Assembly (NCBI GenBank): GCA_024626585.2
Contig: JANKJI020000004.1
Span: forward strand, 5,617,397-5,636,916
DNA length: 19,520 bases
Origin: Ginkgo biloba
Taxonomy: Eukaryota > Plantae > Ginkgophyta
Reading direction: 5' to 3'
Shown here: positions 1-10,759 of the stretch, piece by piece
Position numbering within the stretch: the stretch's first letter is position 1
Layout of the letters: the number at the start of each line of letters is the position of its first letter
Translations under genes and position numbers: made by a program
The notes under the pieces: model-generated
What the model was told of the DNA's origin: nothing
Seen by the model: only the letters and a program-made list of their open reading frames with translations
Database searches by the model: none

Positions 1-501
1 ATTTGAATTCATGTTGAAGATTTACCTCTATATTCATGTAAATTTGGTGATATAAAATTCCATAGTGGTTATGGCCTTGTGAGCAGTTCTTCAATTTACA
101 AAAATATTTCTAAGACTAGATTAAAAAAGTCAAATAATATTGAAATGTATATATATCCCTATATAAAGTAGAGGTTACAGTGATGTGTAGATACATTTCA
201 TATTTCCCTTTAGAAATATTTGAAACACATTGAATTATATTACTTTATGTACATAATATTACTTTTGTTTTATATCATATAAATAATATTATAATATCTT
301 GTAATTTTTTACAACTACTATATATAGACCATGCACTGCACTAGGATATAGATACTAAAAGAAGATTTAAAATTCTATAATGGATGTACTACACTCCATA
401 TTAAATTATTTAAGGAAAGTAAGGGATACAAATATTTTGGAATGAGGAAGTCTCGTGGACATATATTCCATTCAAGCATAACATACGAATTAGAAGTAAA
501 A

Positions 502-1065
502 AGAGCTAAGGGCATATGCTTCTGACGTAATTGAAAATGGTCCAATGATAATAAGTGTTTTAAAAAAATATTGTTGATTATAGAATATAATAATGAAGGT
601 GATGGGGAAGAAGTTATTAAAGAAGAGCACCATGGGGAGAACCCAATAGAAGCGGAAGAAGAACTAACTAAAGTTTATATGAATGCATTGACACAAGTAG
701 CTACTCCTTAGACCTTAAAAATTGAAGGGTATATTAATAAACAAAAATGTATGGTGTTGATTGATTTTGGAAGCACATATAACTTTATTAATAAAATGTT
801 GGCCAAACATTTGAATTGCTTCCCTTACCCAGTCAAAATTTTCCAAGTGATGATAGCTAATGGGTGATCCATCTCTTATGAAGGGACGTGTCATAATATT
901 AAATTGAGTATAGGAGAATATCATTTATTGACCACCATATATGCATTTCTTATTGTTGGGTTCGATGCAGTACTCAGAGTACAATGGACCAAAACACTGG
1001 GGACATTTTCAATGAACCTAGAAGAACTCTTCCTTAGGTTCAAAATGGATGAAAGAAAGTACTAA
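502..1065 (+). pseudogene. Gypsy gag zinc-knuckle remnant plus aspartic protease (pseudogenised)
   Basis: One frame from 502: RAKGICF*RN*KWSNDNKC (cf. RAKGLCFNCDEKW..GHKC), acidic linker, MNALTQVATP*TLKIEGYINKQKCMVLIDFGSTYNFI (cf. LIDSGSTHNFI; catalytic Asp codon 763-765), FQVMIANG, DAVLRVQWTKTLG (cf. DVVLGVQWL.TLG). Confidence 0.92.
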
Positions 1066-1310
1066 NNNNNNNNNNTTACAAGGGATTATCCCACCTCCTA
1101 CCTATGTGATTATCTCCCATAGAATGGATAAATTGATTAATAAAGGTGATAATGGTTTCATTGCAATATTTATGCCATGAAAGGGTATGAAGAACAAGAG
1201 ATAGTTGCACCAAAACCATAGAAGGTCAAGGTATTTGATGAATTACCCAAATCCCTCCTCTTGATAGGGAGAAGAACCATACTATTTAATTAATGAAATA
1301 AATCAATCCA

Positions 1311-1592
1311 CATAACGCCTTCCATGTCCCCATCCTAAAAAATATGGTCAAGTAATAGGTCACCACTCAAAAAGAGTTACCAAAGCTTGATGAAGAAAAG
1401 TGACTATGACTAGAACTAGAGGCCATCCTCAAAGTTTGCACTAAGAATATGTAATATAGACACATCATTGAGTACCTCATCAAGTTGAAGAAGTTACCAC
1501 CAGAAGATGCAACATGGAAAGATGAACAATTTGTACTGTGACATTTAGAAATGAAAAAACTTTGAGATCAAATATTTATAAATGGGAGAGAC
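1311..1592 (+). pseudogene. Gypsy integrase C-terminus and chromodomain (pseudogenised)
   Basis: HNAFHVPILK (cf. HNVFHVSLLK), ELPKLDEEK*L*LELEAIL, then IEYLIKLKKLPPEDATWKDE (cf. EYLIKWKNLP.EDATWE), typical of plant chromovirus integrases. Confidence 0.9.
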
Positions 1593-1785
1593 TTATTATG
1601 AACCCTATTAATGCAAGTTTTGCACAGGCTCCAACAAGCGATGGGAATGAGACCCGCTTATTTTAGGATCCATGTTGGTCTTGGGATCCAAGGTATAAAA
1701 AACTCAATAATTATAACTTAGGAGAGTATGTAACCATGATAACCTACTGGTGGGAACCCTCCTATACAAACTAAATATTCATAAT
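1580..1785 (+). repeat. Polypurine tract and start of putative 3' LTR of the chromovirus
   Basis: aaatgggagaga (1580-1591) at the end of the chromodomain frame, followed by tattatg at 1594 (decayed TGTTATG). Runs into the N gap at 1786; the partner LTR is not in the window. Confidence 0.55.
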
Positions 1786-2523
1786 NNNNNNNNNNNNNNN
1801 NNNNNNNNNNNNNNNNNNNNNNNNNNNNNNNNNNNNNNNNNNNNNNNNNNNNNNNNNNNNNNNNNNNNNNNNNNNNNNNNNNNNNACAGATTAAAATCCA
1901 GTGAAGAGCTAGGTTTAAGTTCCACCAAATTATGAGGAGGAAAAATTAGGGAATGTTATAAGCATCCCTAATTAGAACCTTAAGAAGGAAATCTCTCTAA
2001 AATTAGAAGAAAGCAAGTAATCATAGCATAGAATTCAAATTTACTAAGATTTGATTTCAACTACCTATTTTATAATTTCCTTTCCAATTTTAATTTCATT
2101 CACAAGCAAAGAAATGATATAAAAAGAGAGATTGGAATATCCATACTTAAATTGGGAAAATGAAAGGTTGTATAACTAATTTTAGAATCTGGAATGCATT
2201 GTTTCTCCTCTTGATATCCCCTTTTTTTATTCAACATCTAGCACTATGATGTAGAAGTGGAGAGAATAATGTTGAGCCATGAAAATCCTTCATCATGTTG
2301 GCCCAAGCATAGTACAACATTAAGAACTATAGTTTAGGGTAAGGGCTAGAAGGATTTTGAAAGGAAAAGGCATATAAGAGGTTATAATAAGGCAAACAAC
2401 CCAAAAAGAGGAAGATAAGGGGGTAAGATTCTATGGTAGAACTTGTGGATCAACCTCCAAGGGAAAATCTTGACAACATAAACTTACAATCAAAATTTCC
2501 TCCCATTGAATGTATTAAGTGCT

Positions 2524-2853
2524 TGTTATAATTGTTTGTAGATATGAAATCATTATAGTAATCAAATATAAATCATACAATAACCAATAGATAACTCAAA
2601 TCCAAACCACAATAACATATGAATTATAGTGTAAACCCTTGAAGAGAAAATAACACTTTCTAAAAGATAGATCCTTAGTATTTAACTTGAATGCACTACA
2701 TTGAATGAAAATCCTTGAATACAATTATCTCACACATAATTATTTTATAAGATTTTTGTTTTATGCTTTGTTCACATGCTTTATGCTTTATTCACATATT
2801 TCACAACTTGATTTTCCAATAGACAATACTACAATACACATATATTTCTAACA
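2524..2853 (-). mobile_element. Possible decayed solo LTR (copia-like)
   Basis: TGTT...AACA termini. The internal 'gtgtaaacccttgaagagaaaataacac' resembles a motif I recall from reverse-strand plant copia LTRs. No TSD or PBS found. Confidence 0.25.
2761..2797. repeat. 20-bp-period tandem duplication
   Basis: ttatgctttgttcacat at 2761 and ttatgctttattcacat at 2781. Confidence 0.8.
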
Positions 2854-4099
2854 AGGATCATCAAAGAAAAAAATCAATCCTTGATCGTAATAAATTTGTG
2901 TGAGCCGACTGCCTTTTGTTCATTACTACATGTCATATAAGAGAGCATCCAATAAAGATAAAGAAAGTGTACATCATATCCCTGAGGGGTCCATTACTAT
3001 TTAATATATCTTCATTTCCTTTCTTAAAGGAGTCAAGATTCTTTGATTAGACTGCCAATAGAGAAACTTTTTTACATAAATGAGGATTAGTCGAGGTGGG
3101 ATAAAGAATAAAAATTTACATAAAACGTCATAGTCTCCTTAAAAGAATGAGAGGATTCATCCACAAAAGTATAAGTTTTACCCCCGTATGAATATCTTGT
3201 GCTCCTAATGGGCATTCACATAATTTCTCAAAGGAGCAAAGTATACGAAGAGTGCAACAAACTTACCTCTAAGAAACAAGAGTGGCCTTGATTATCTATT
3301 TCAAAGTATCATAAAGTTAAGGGACCTTAGCTCCCATCAAGGTCAAATTAATGAAAGGATGGTTAATCCACCAAGTCCCATTGCTTGGTTGAAATGGAGC
3401 CTTCATTACATACAAGGACACAAGTGTAGGGGAGGAGTCTCAGATTAGAAATATATCTAGGGAAATAATGTAAGTTAGAAATCAATAATTATTCTTAAAA
3501 ATATAGAAGTCTTAAAGTTCATTTACTACCAAGATTACTTTCAAGACATGTAATAGTTAGGGGAAATGATAAGAGACTTTGTAGTTAAAATCAAAACCTT
3601 ATGCAAGCCATTGAGGAAATTGATATAATCACAATGGACTTCTTATACTAATAAAACGTCACCTTATTTGTTTGAAAACAATATGAAACTAAGGTCATCT
3701 AGATCATGTTATTTTTTAAGCTATATGTTCAAGTTTTGTGAAATACTATTTTTAATATTTACTTTAAACAATATTTATTATAAAGCTTTAGAGAGCAAAT
3801 AAATAATGACTCGTAGGAAGAGGCATCGCTAAAAAAGTTTATACTTACTTTAAAAGTATTGATTATTGTAATTTTCTTTCTACAACATAAATGCTAAGAA
3901 GCCCTATTAGAGCATTATAATGTTTATGTTCATATTTCTAAGTTGTCAACAACTCCCAAAATTACAACAATAATCATTGCAGCAATGTTCAACGAATCTC
4001 CCTATGTCATCCTCTTACTCCTAGTCCCTTGGAAGCCTACTTCAAAAATGCATTTCCCTTATATGTTTGTAACTTGCATGTAGTATAGGACTATAGGGG

Positions 4100-5440
4100 A
4101 TAAGGTCCGGGGAAGATCCCAACCTGCATCTCCTCTAGCATGTCATGGATGCACTCCTTTTTTTTATTATGAATACATGAGCGACTCAATATAATATAAT
4201 ATGCATATTAACTCAACATAATATAATATGCATATTAACTCAATGAACAGTCATTGTCTACGCGTGCAAATGAATAGGAGCAATGGAGAAGCAGTGCTGA
4301 CCACCTCATTGACTGTGATATTCCCTTTCTTCATAAAGCTTTTTGGAATTGGAATTGGATTGAATTGGCCCATCTGTCTCTATTCTACATTGGCCCTCCA
4401 ATTACTCGATTATCGGGCTATATCCTAAGTCTAGCCCTAACTCCAACGGTCAAAAATATTCAAATATTTCATCAATGTATACTAGGCTTTTCAAGGACAG
4501 TTCCCGAGATATAGCTACATGAATATTTCTCCCTCTTTTTTTTTTTTTTTTTTTATATTATAGCGTTGCTTTCATAGTGGGTTTNNNNNNNNNNNNNNNN
4601 NNNNNNNNNNNNNNNTATTTGTCTTTAAGATATTATAGCCCAACTTCCTGCAGAGATCAAAATAAATAAATTTCCTCCACTAACGGCTCTGAAGATTGGT
4701 GGGTCTCTTGCTTTCTGGCTTTTAAATCTGGCTATAATTGTAGCATTCTTTGGAAGAATAACAAAGGTCCTGGCACTAATTTTATATGCATTCTCTGATA
4801 ATATGTGAAAGCAGTGCTATAGTTTTCGAGTTGTGTGCAGTTGGGAATGCGCCAAAACGGATCAGATCAACAATGGGATAAGCTTAGTACGTATGAAACT
4901 GCGAGCAGAAAAAAGCTCATCTCTGCATAATACTTTATCGGACAATAATCAATAATATGCAATATGCCCTCCGTCATTTTATTTTATAATTATTATCCAT
5001 GGGTAACTCCTCGGAAAATGGAAAAATCACATCATCATAATTATAATATTTAGTTTATGATGATATAATACTATCCGGTAATGTCAAAAGTATTGAGTTT
5101 TTAATAGTAATGTAAACATAGCATTATTATGTTCAACATGATTTTTTTCTTTTGTTGTTGAGATTCTCATTATATTATAATGATCAATAATATCATATTT
5201 CAAAAATATTCCCACGTTATTTCACAAATCAAACCTTGACTTCCTCTTTAATAATCAATAATTTTATGTAATTCATGTACCCATCTTTTCACGTGATATC
5301 TTCCTTATTATTATTTGGCACGCTTTTGATTGATATTGGCAATTGTGCAATAAGATAGATGCCATGCCAATAGTATTCGTATTAGTAGCCATTATTGCTC
5401 CTAGTTGTTTTGGTTAGATATATCGTAATTTTGTATTCGC
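4100..5440. promoter_or_regulatory. CpG-retaining non-TE island, candidate unmethylated cis-regulatory region
   Basis: About 25 CG dinucleotides by hand count versus essentially none in 1921-2880. No TE coding motifs recognised. Contains GGCCCA (4367), TGTCTC (4375), CACGTG (5290) and six GCTATA/TATAGC copies. Confidence 0.4.
4184..4244. repeat. 27-bp tandem repeat, ~2.3 copies
   Basis: actcaa(t/c)ataatataatatgcatatta at 4184 and 4211 (one mismatch), partial third copy at 4238. Confidence 0.9.
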
Positions 5441-5479
5441 CCCTTGATATGAAATGCATACCTCTTGAGATTATTTAAA

Positions 5480-6350
5480 GAGGTGCAAATTATGTACCAA
5501 ATTTGGGTTATTGCCTTAGAAGGTGAGATTTTTTCCTCTCTTAATAAAAAACTTTAATATGATAAATATCAAGAAGATATCAATAAGGAGGGAGAGTAGA
5601 TGGAAGACTATGTAACACCAAGATACAACCCTATGAGAGCTCACTTTCTATTGTATAGGATTACTTATGATGTGTCCTTTCTTATAACTTAATTTGATTC
5701 AAGTTGAATTATGGACAAGGATATGCTTGGATAGTGCCTCTATATACAATGTCGTATGCCTAACATTGATACTTTTTATCTCTATGTATTATATTATGTA
5801 TACAATATGATTGGCACGGAGGGATTTTAAAGGGGATGGAATCTCTATATTGTAGTGAAACTTTTTCATTTGAGTTCACTATTTTTCTAAGACTTTCCAT
5901 TGTTACAAGAGGTATGGTATGCACTTAGACAATCAATTATCTCCTACATAATTTAAAAATAGATATTTTTATATTTCTATGCATTGAAAGCAATGAGGGT
6001 ATTAGCTTTAACTAGTTGTGTTAGTATGAACCCATGTATGCCTTATTTATATGGAATGCACTAAGTGCATTGTTTAAAAGAAATTGGAAACTCTCTAGGT
6101 TTTCATTGCCACTAAAATAATGCTCCCTTGATATAATGGCAATATCGGTGAGTATATAGTAAGTTGTGAATTAAAAGCCTTGGACATTGTGTCTTAAAGT
6201 ATTCACTAATTAAAATCAATATAGATTTTGGACAATAATGCAATAGGTTGTTTATTATAAGCCTAGATCATTGCCTCATATTATGCAATGTTATGCGAGT
6301 TATCTTATGGTAGGAAGCACTTTATAACCAATTCATTGTGCTCGTTTATT
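5480..6350 (+). mobile_element. Probable highly degenerate hAT transposase (DUF659-type) remnant
   Basis: Weak but colinear motif matches: DYVTPRYNPMRAHFL (5606; cf. GY.PPSY..LR..LL), MSYA* (5749; cf. MSDAW/MSDGW), LQEV (~5903; cf. IEEVG), VHCLKEIG (6065; cf. AHCL...EDIGK), FWTIMQ*VV (6226). No TIRs identified. Confidence 0.45.
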
Positions 6351-8438
6351 GCCTTACCTAAATAAATTATGTCGTATGAATTTGGTTATTGTGATAAGTC
6401 ATAAAATCTTATCTTTCAACCTTTGATTCAANNNNNNNNNNNNNNNNNNNNNNNNNNNNNNNNNNNAATAATTTAATTGATGTTATCTTTTACACTTAAA
6501 GTTATACATTCCTTCCAAATGATTGGCTTCATTTTGATCCCTTTTATATGACCAATTATCTCTTTTTTCATTGTAGAAACAGTTATCATCAATCATATTT
6601 ATTCAATAAAAACATGCTCACTTAAAAAGATCTTTAATGTACTCGTTGTTTTTCTTTGTTTAAAATACATATATCATATGTTCATTCAAAAACNNNNNNN
6701 NNNNNNNNNNNNNNNNNNNNNNNNNNNNNNNNNNNNNNNNNNNNNNNNNNNNNNNNNNNNNNNNNNNNNNNNNNNNNNNNNNNNNNNNNNNNNAACATAT
6801 GTTTCTTAAGATTATTACTCTAAAGAAATAGGATACATTAAAGATAAATTTTAGATAATAAAAAAAGGTATATGACTCATAAGGCTCTATGATTATGATT
6901 CCTCATTTGAAATTAATTGGAAAAAACTTGTGATAAAATGAATTCACCTATTGACCACTTTTTCTAGCCAAGTCTTTAGGAGTCTCGTTGTGGTCCCGCC
7001 CAATTAGATTATTTTAACCAAAAAGTGGGCCTCCTCTCCATTTGTGTAGATTTAGTATGCATAGTTACATGTCATGTATTAAATATACACCTAGCATTGC
7101 CTAAGATATATCTAAATCTAATGAATTATACCCCTCCCTTATTTTCCTCATCATACATCATTGTAGGGTCAAATGGTCACCATTTAAGCCAAACTCTTAG
7201 AGGAACCCATATTCCACTACTGCCAATCCTTGTGTTGGTGTTATTCTTGTATTATATCATTACCTTTAGGGTTAATTTTCATCCATGATATGAACATCAT
7301 CAATGTCATTTACATCATCTTAATTTGTTGAAGTCCTTAATTAATAAGGATTAACTACCTCAAAGGTGTTGCGTTGTTCTTAGGGGTCTTAATTAGTAGA
7401 GATAAAATGGTAGTTAGAAGTTAGAATCAAATCCCTCAACTAACTAGTAGGAGGATGGAATCTATACATATATTTATAGCACCACACATTTAATTATTAA
7501 GTTTAATAAACCTTTAATTTCAAGGGGTTATATTCTAGGGCATGAAAGGAAATTTTTTTTTTTCATTCTTAAGGTTAGGGAAAATATACTAAGCATTCAA
7601 ACATTATCGATAACTTTATACAATTTGTATTAACTATTATTTCCACTTTAAATTCAATAAAAAGAATTATAAGTTAGGGAATCTATGAAATTAATAAATT
7701 TTGTCTATTATTTAAAATGAATTAGTAATTAGGACCCCTTTATGTTGAGTTGTCTTCCAACCATAATAGAGCTCCATAAATGTCCACATTTCCTTATAAA
7801 TTTTAAAAGAAATTTAAATCATCTAAATCTAATCTATATTATTTTGGGTGAAAATAGTCAAAATTAAAATTGGGAAATAATTGTATCTTCCATATTATTC
7901 AATTTGATAAATTACACTCTACATGCTTCCCTTAATTCTAAATTTAATTTTCTCACTTGCCTTGTTGCTTTCTTTTTGTTTTAAATATGTCACTTGTGCC
8001 ATAATTTTAGAATTGGACTTTACATTTTGACATTTTCTTATATTTCTACAATAGATACGATTATTGCAAAGTTCAAGGTTATCCTCATCTAGTTATTCAA
8101 ACTAATATAGTAAAAAGATAAATTTCTAACAATTGGAAAGGGTATAAACTTGCAAGTTAAATATATCTCTAACACATGTAAGTATCTATTTACATAGCCA
8201 CAATTACCACAAATATATGCGTAAGGCTTACAAATTTAATGTAAATATTTGACAAAAAAGACTTATTGCAATAAAATTTTTAAAGTAAAACGCTTGGATT
8301 TTGAGAACACATTTAATGAATTGTCTTATATAATGCAAGAAGTTAAGCTATAAGATAGCATGTCAAAGAAATGGATAACTACTTGAAAAAAAGTTAATGA
8401 CATGTATGAAGTGATATACTGAAATATTCATAACTCTA

Positions 8439-8498
8439 ATTTTGTTTTATTTTTATTTTTTTTTTTTTTTTGTGTGTAGAGAGAGAGAGAGAGATAGA
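8439..8498. repeat. Poly-T tract followed by short (TG)n and (AG)n microsatellite
   Basis: Directly visible low-complexity sequence next to an assembly gap. Confidence 0.9.
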
Positions 8499-9081
8499 AA
8501 TATATCGATATTGTTGATGGGGTTTTGTTAAACACCTCACAACTNNNNNNNNNNNNNNNNNNNNNNNNNNNNNNNNNNNNNNNNNNNNNNNNNNNNNNNN
8601 NNNNNNNNNNNNNNNNNNNNNNNNNNNNNNNNNNNNNNNNNNNNGATTGGTGAGGAAGGATACAAGCAAGTAGTTCCCTATTGCTACAAGGATGAATGAA
8701 TTTAATTAGATGGCATTCCATTATTTAGATCATAGAATAGTTAGTCCCAGATTTAAGTATCCTACACGTAACAATTTACAAACCACATGCATGTTAAAAC
8801 TAAAAGTATCTCCCTACAAAATGAAATTCATTAAAAAAAAAATTTATCCCCTTTGTGGTGTGAAGAAATTATAATTTTAAATACATTTTATAGACTTATC
8901 CAAATGTAAATGCTTTAAAAAAATTGTAAAATGACCTTTTGATGGACTTGATCTATTTGGATACCTCATGTTTGTGACACATGAAAGGCCACTTATACCT
9001 TCACAAGTAAATTGTATAAAGTTACATTTAGTGTCCAAGTAATGGTCTTTACAACATTAATTTATTATGTCNNNNNNNNNN

Positions 9082-9240
9082 ATAATGATAGAGTAGTTTG
9101 CATTAAGACAATTAGAAAATCATTCGTAATAACCATTGTGGTTATGACAATGTGTAGAATCTATCTAGACACAACCAAGAATTTTATAAGGACAATAAAT
9201 TTTGATAGTTGCATTCATGTGATCAATTTGATTAATTAGG
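9082..9240 (+). mobile_element. Possible second hAT transposase fragment
   Basis: KTIRK.(F..NH with frameshift)..VMTMCRIY..KNFIRTINFDS loosely resembles hAT K.I.KFIYNH...MR....ELIRP..TRFAS. Weak match. Confidence 0.2.
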
Positions 9241-10450
9241 TTTTATATGAATATCTTCTTGCTTGATGATATGATTTGGGATACAAATTTGTTATATTTG
9301 TTGACTTCAATGAGCTTGATTCGTAAGGGATGTTAATTATTTCTACTTTTTTAATCAAAGCATTTTGCAAAGGCATTGATTTATAATTTAACATACATGC
9401 ATGGAAAAAATATAAAATCTAGACATTTTTCCTTGTAAGTTGATATTATCAAAAAATTACTATCTACTATTGTCCAATTATTTTCTCACAAAAGATTAAA
9501 TTTAGCCACTAAAACTTACATAACTAAGATTAGCTCAAAAATATCTTTCTGTGGATATAAATAAGTTTGAAAATTAGCAAATGATTGAAATGTTATGCCT
9601 ACTTCTTTAATAAGGTCTTCAATTAGAACTATCCATAATTTTTCTTCTACATTTTATCAATTTTTGCTCTTTTTTTTTATAAAAAATAGCAAACTTAAGT
9701 ATTAATGAATGGGGAGAAACAAAAATCATTTCCCCTCCTCCTCCATCCCATTAATTCTACTACTCCTACTCAAACCATTAAGCACCATTACTACCACTAT
9801 TGCTACCCTTATATTGTTATTTCCATTATTGACCATACCAAAATCTACCTTTTAATATCAACCCTCACATCGATAGAAAGGAAGAAAAATAGGCATGGAT
9901 TGCAAAATAAAATCTTGGCTATGATGAAATTTCTCCTAAGTTCGTTTAGATTTGAACTTGAATACAATTATTTTACACTTTTTTAACATAGTTAAAGTGG
10001 TACTTAGCTTTTGTGTTCAATTATTGAAGTGATTGAACATACTTCCAATGCTATGGTTATGAAAGGTTTCAAGCATAATTGAATAATAATTTGATAAGTC
10101 ATTCCATAGTTGTCTTATTAAAGGGTATTACCTCTTGATAAGACTATGAACTAGTTAGAGAGAATATATCTATTGCTAAAGACAATTAATAAATATTAAA
10201 TAATGTATATCCTTTTAATAACCTAGTCCTTTTGTTACTAAAATATAATGTATATTATGAGTTAAATTGAGCATAAAAACAAAATTAAGAACATAAAGGA
10301 ACAGAATGCTTTATGGAATATGGGAGAGAGGAGTAAATTTTTTACTATTCTTGGTTTGTATATTAATCTCGCATTTTAATAAAGAAATTTAATATCATCT
10401 TAAAATAAGGACATTCCCTAGAGATCCAAAGTAAACGTTAGTCTTAAAGG

Positions 10451-10597
10451 AACTACAATTAGTCTTGCACTTTTAACTTTAACAATTAAAAGTGAAATAT
10501 TACTATTCATGAATGAAAGAATTACAATTAGTCATAAGAATTACTATTCGTAAATGAAAAAACTACAATTAGTCTTACACTTTTAAATTTAACATTT
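10451..10597. repeat. Degenerate compound tandem repeat
   Basis: aactacaattagtctt(g/a)cacttttaa(c/a)tttaaca at 10451 and 10561 (period 110); ttactattc(a/g)t(g/a)aatgaaa...tacaattagtc at 10500 and 10541 (period 41). Abuts an N gap. Confidence 0.85.
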
Positions 10598-10759
10598 TGA
10601 ANNNNNNNNNNNNNNNNNNNNNNNNNNNNNNNNNNNNNNNNNNNNNNNNNNNNNNNNNNNNNNNNNNNNNNNNNNNNNNNNNNNNNNNNNNNNNNNNNNN
10701 NCCCACATTTGTCGAGATGAAGCATTAAAACCAAAAAGAATCCCCAAGAATCTAAATAT

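Larger units (their letters stand above)
1..1785 (+). mobile_element. Degenerate Ty3/gypsy chromovirus (Reina/Tekay-like) LTR retrotransposon, internally deleted
   Basis: Manual translation gives, in canonical order: gag N-terminal motif WLWPCEQFF (66-92), Zn-knuckle remnant, aspartic protease, pre-RT linker, integrase C-terminus, chromodomain, purine tract and putative 3' LTR. Many in-frame stops. Confidence 0.9.

Noticed and set aside
1954-2475. TGTTAT...TTGACA-bounded segment as a solo LTR
   Set aside because: No target-site duplication, PBS or second copy to support it.
3320-3380. Minus-strand similarity to the LINE RNase H motif (W.....IKLNFDGA.KG)
   Set aside because: Needs a frameshift and several substitutions; no downstream motifs found.
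4103-4125. ggtccggggaag resembles part of the Au SINE
   Set aside because: Flanks do not extend the match; no A/B boxes or tail seen.
4284-4304. tggagaagcag matches the 5' 11 nt of miR164
   Set aside because: The 3' half diverges and no complementary star arm is nearby.
8645-8720. DW*G...S.LLLQ resembling the start of a hAT dimerisation domain
   Set aside because: Too short and degenerate to distinguish from chance.
7025-9986. Supplied ORFs at 7025, 8428, 8436 and 9705 as host genes
   Set aside because: Short, low-complexity or N-spanning, with no recognisable domains.
10451-10597. Repeat with intervening sequence as a CRISPR array
   Set aside because: Irregular spacing, duplicated 'spacers', eukaryotic TE context and no cas genes.
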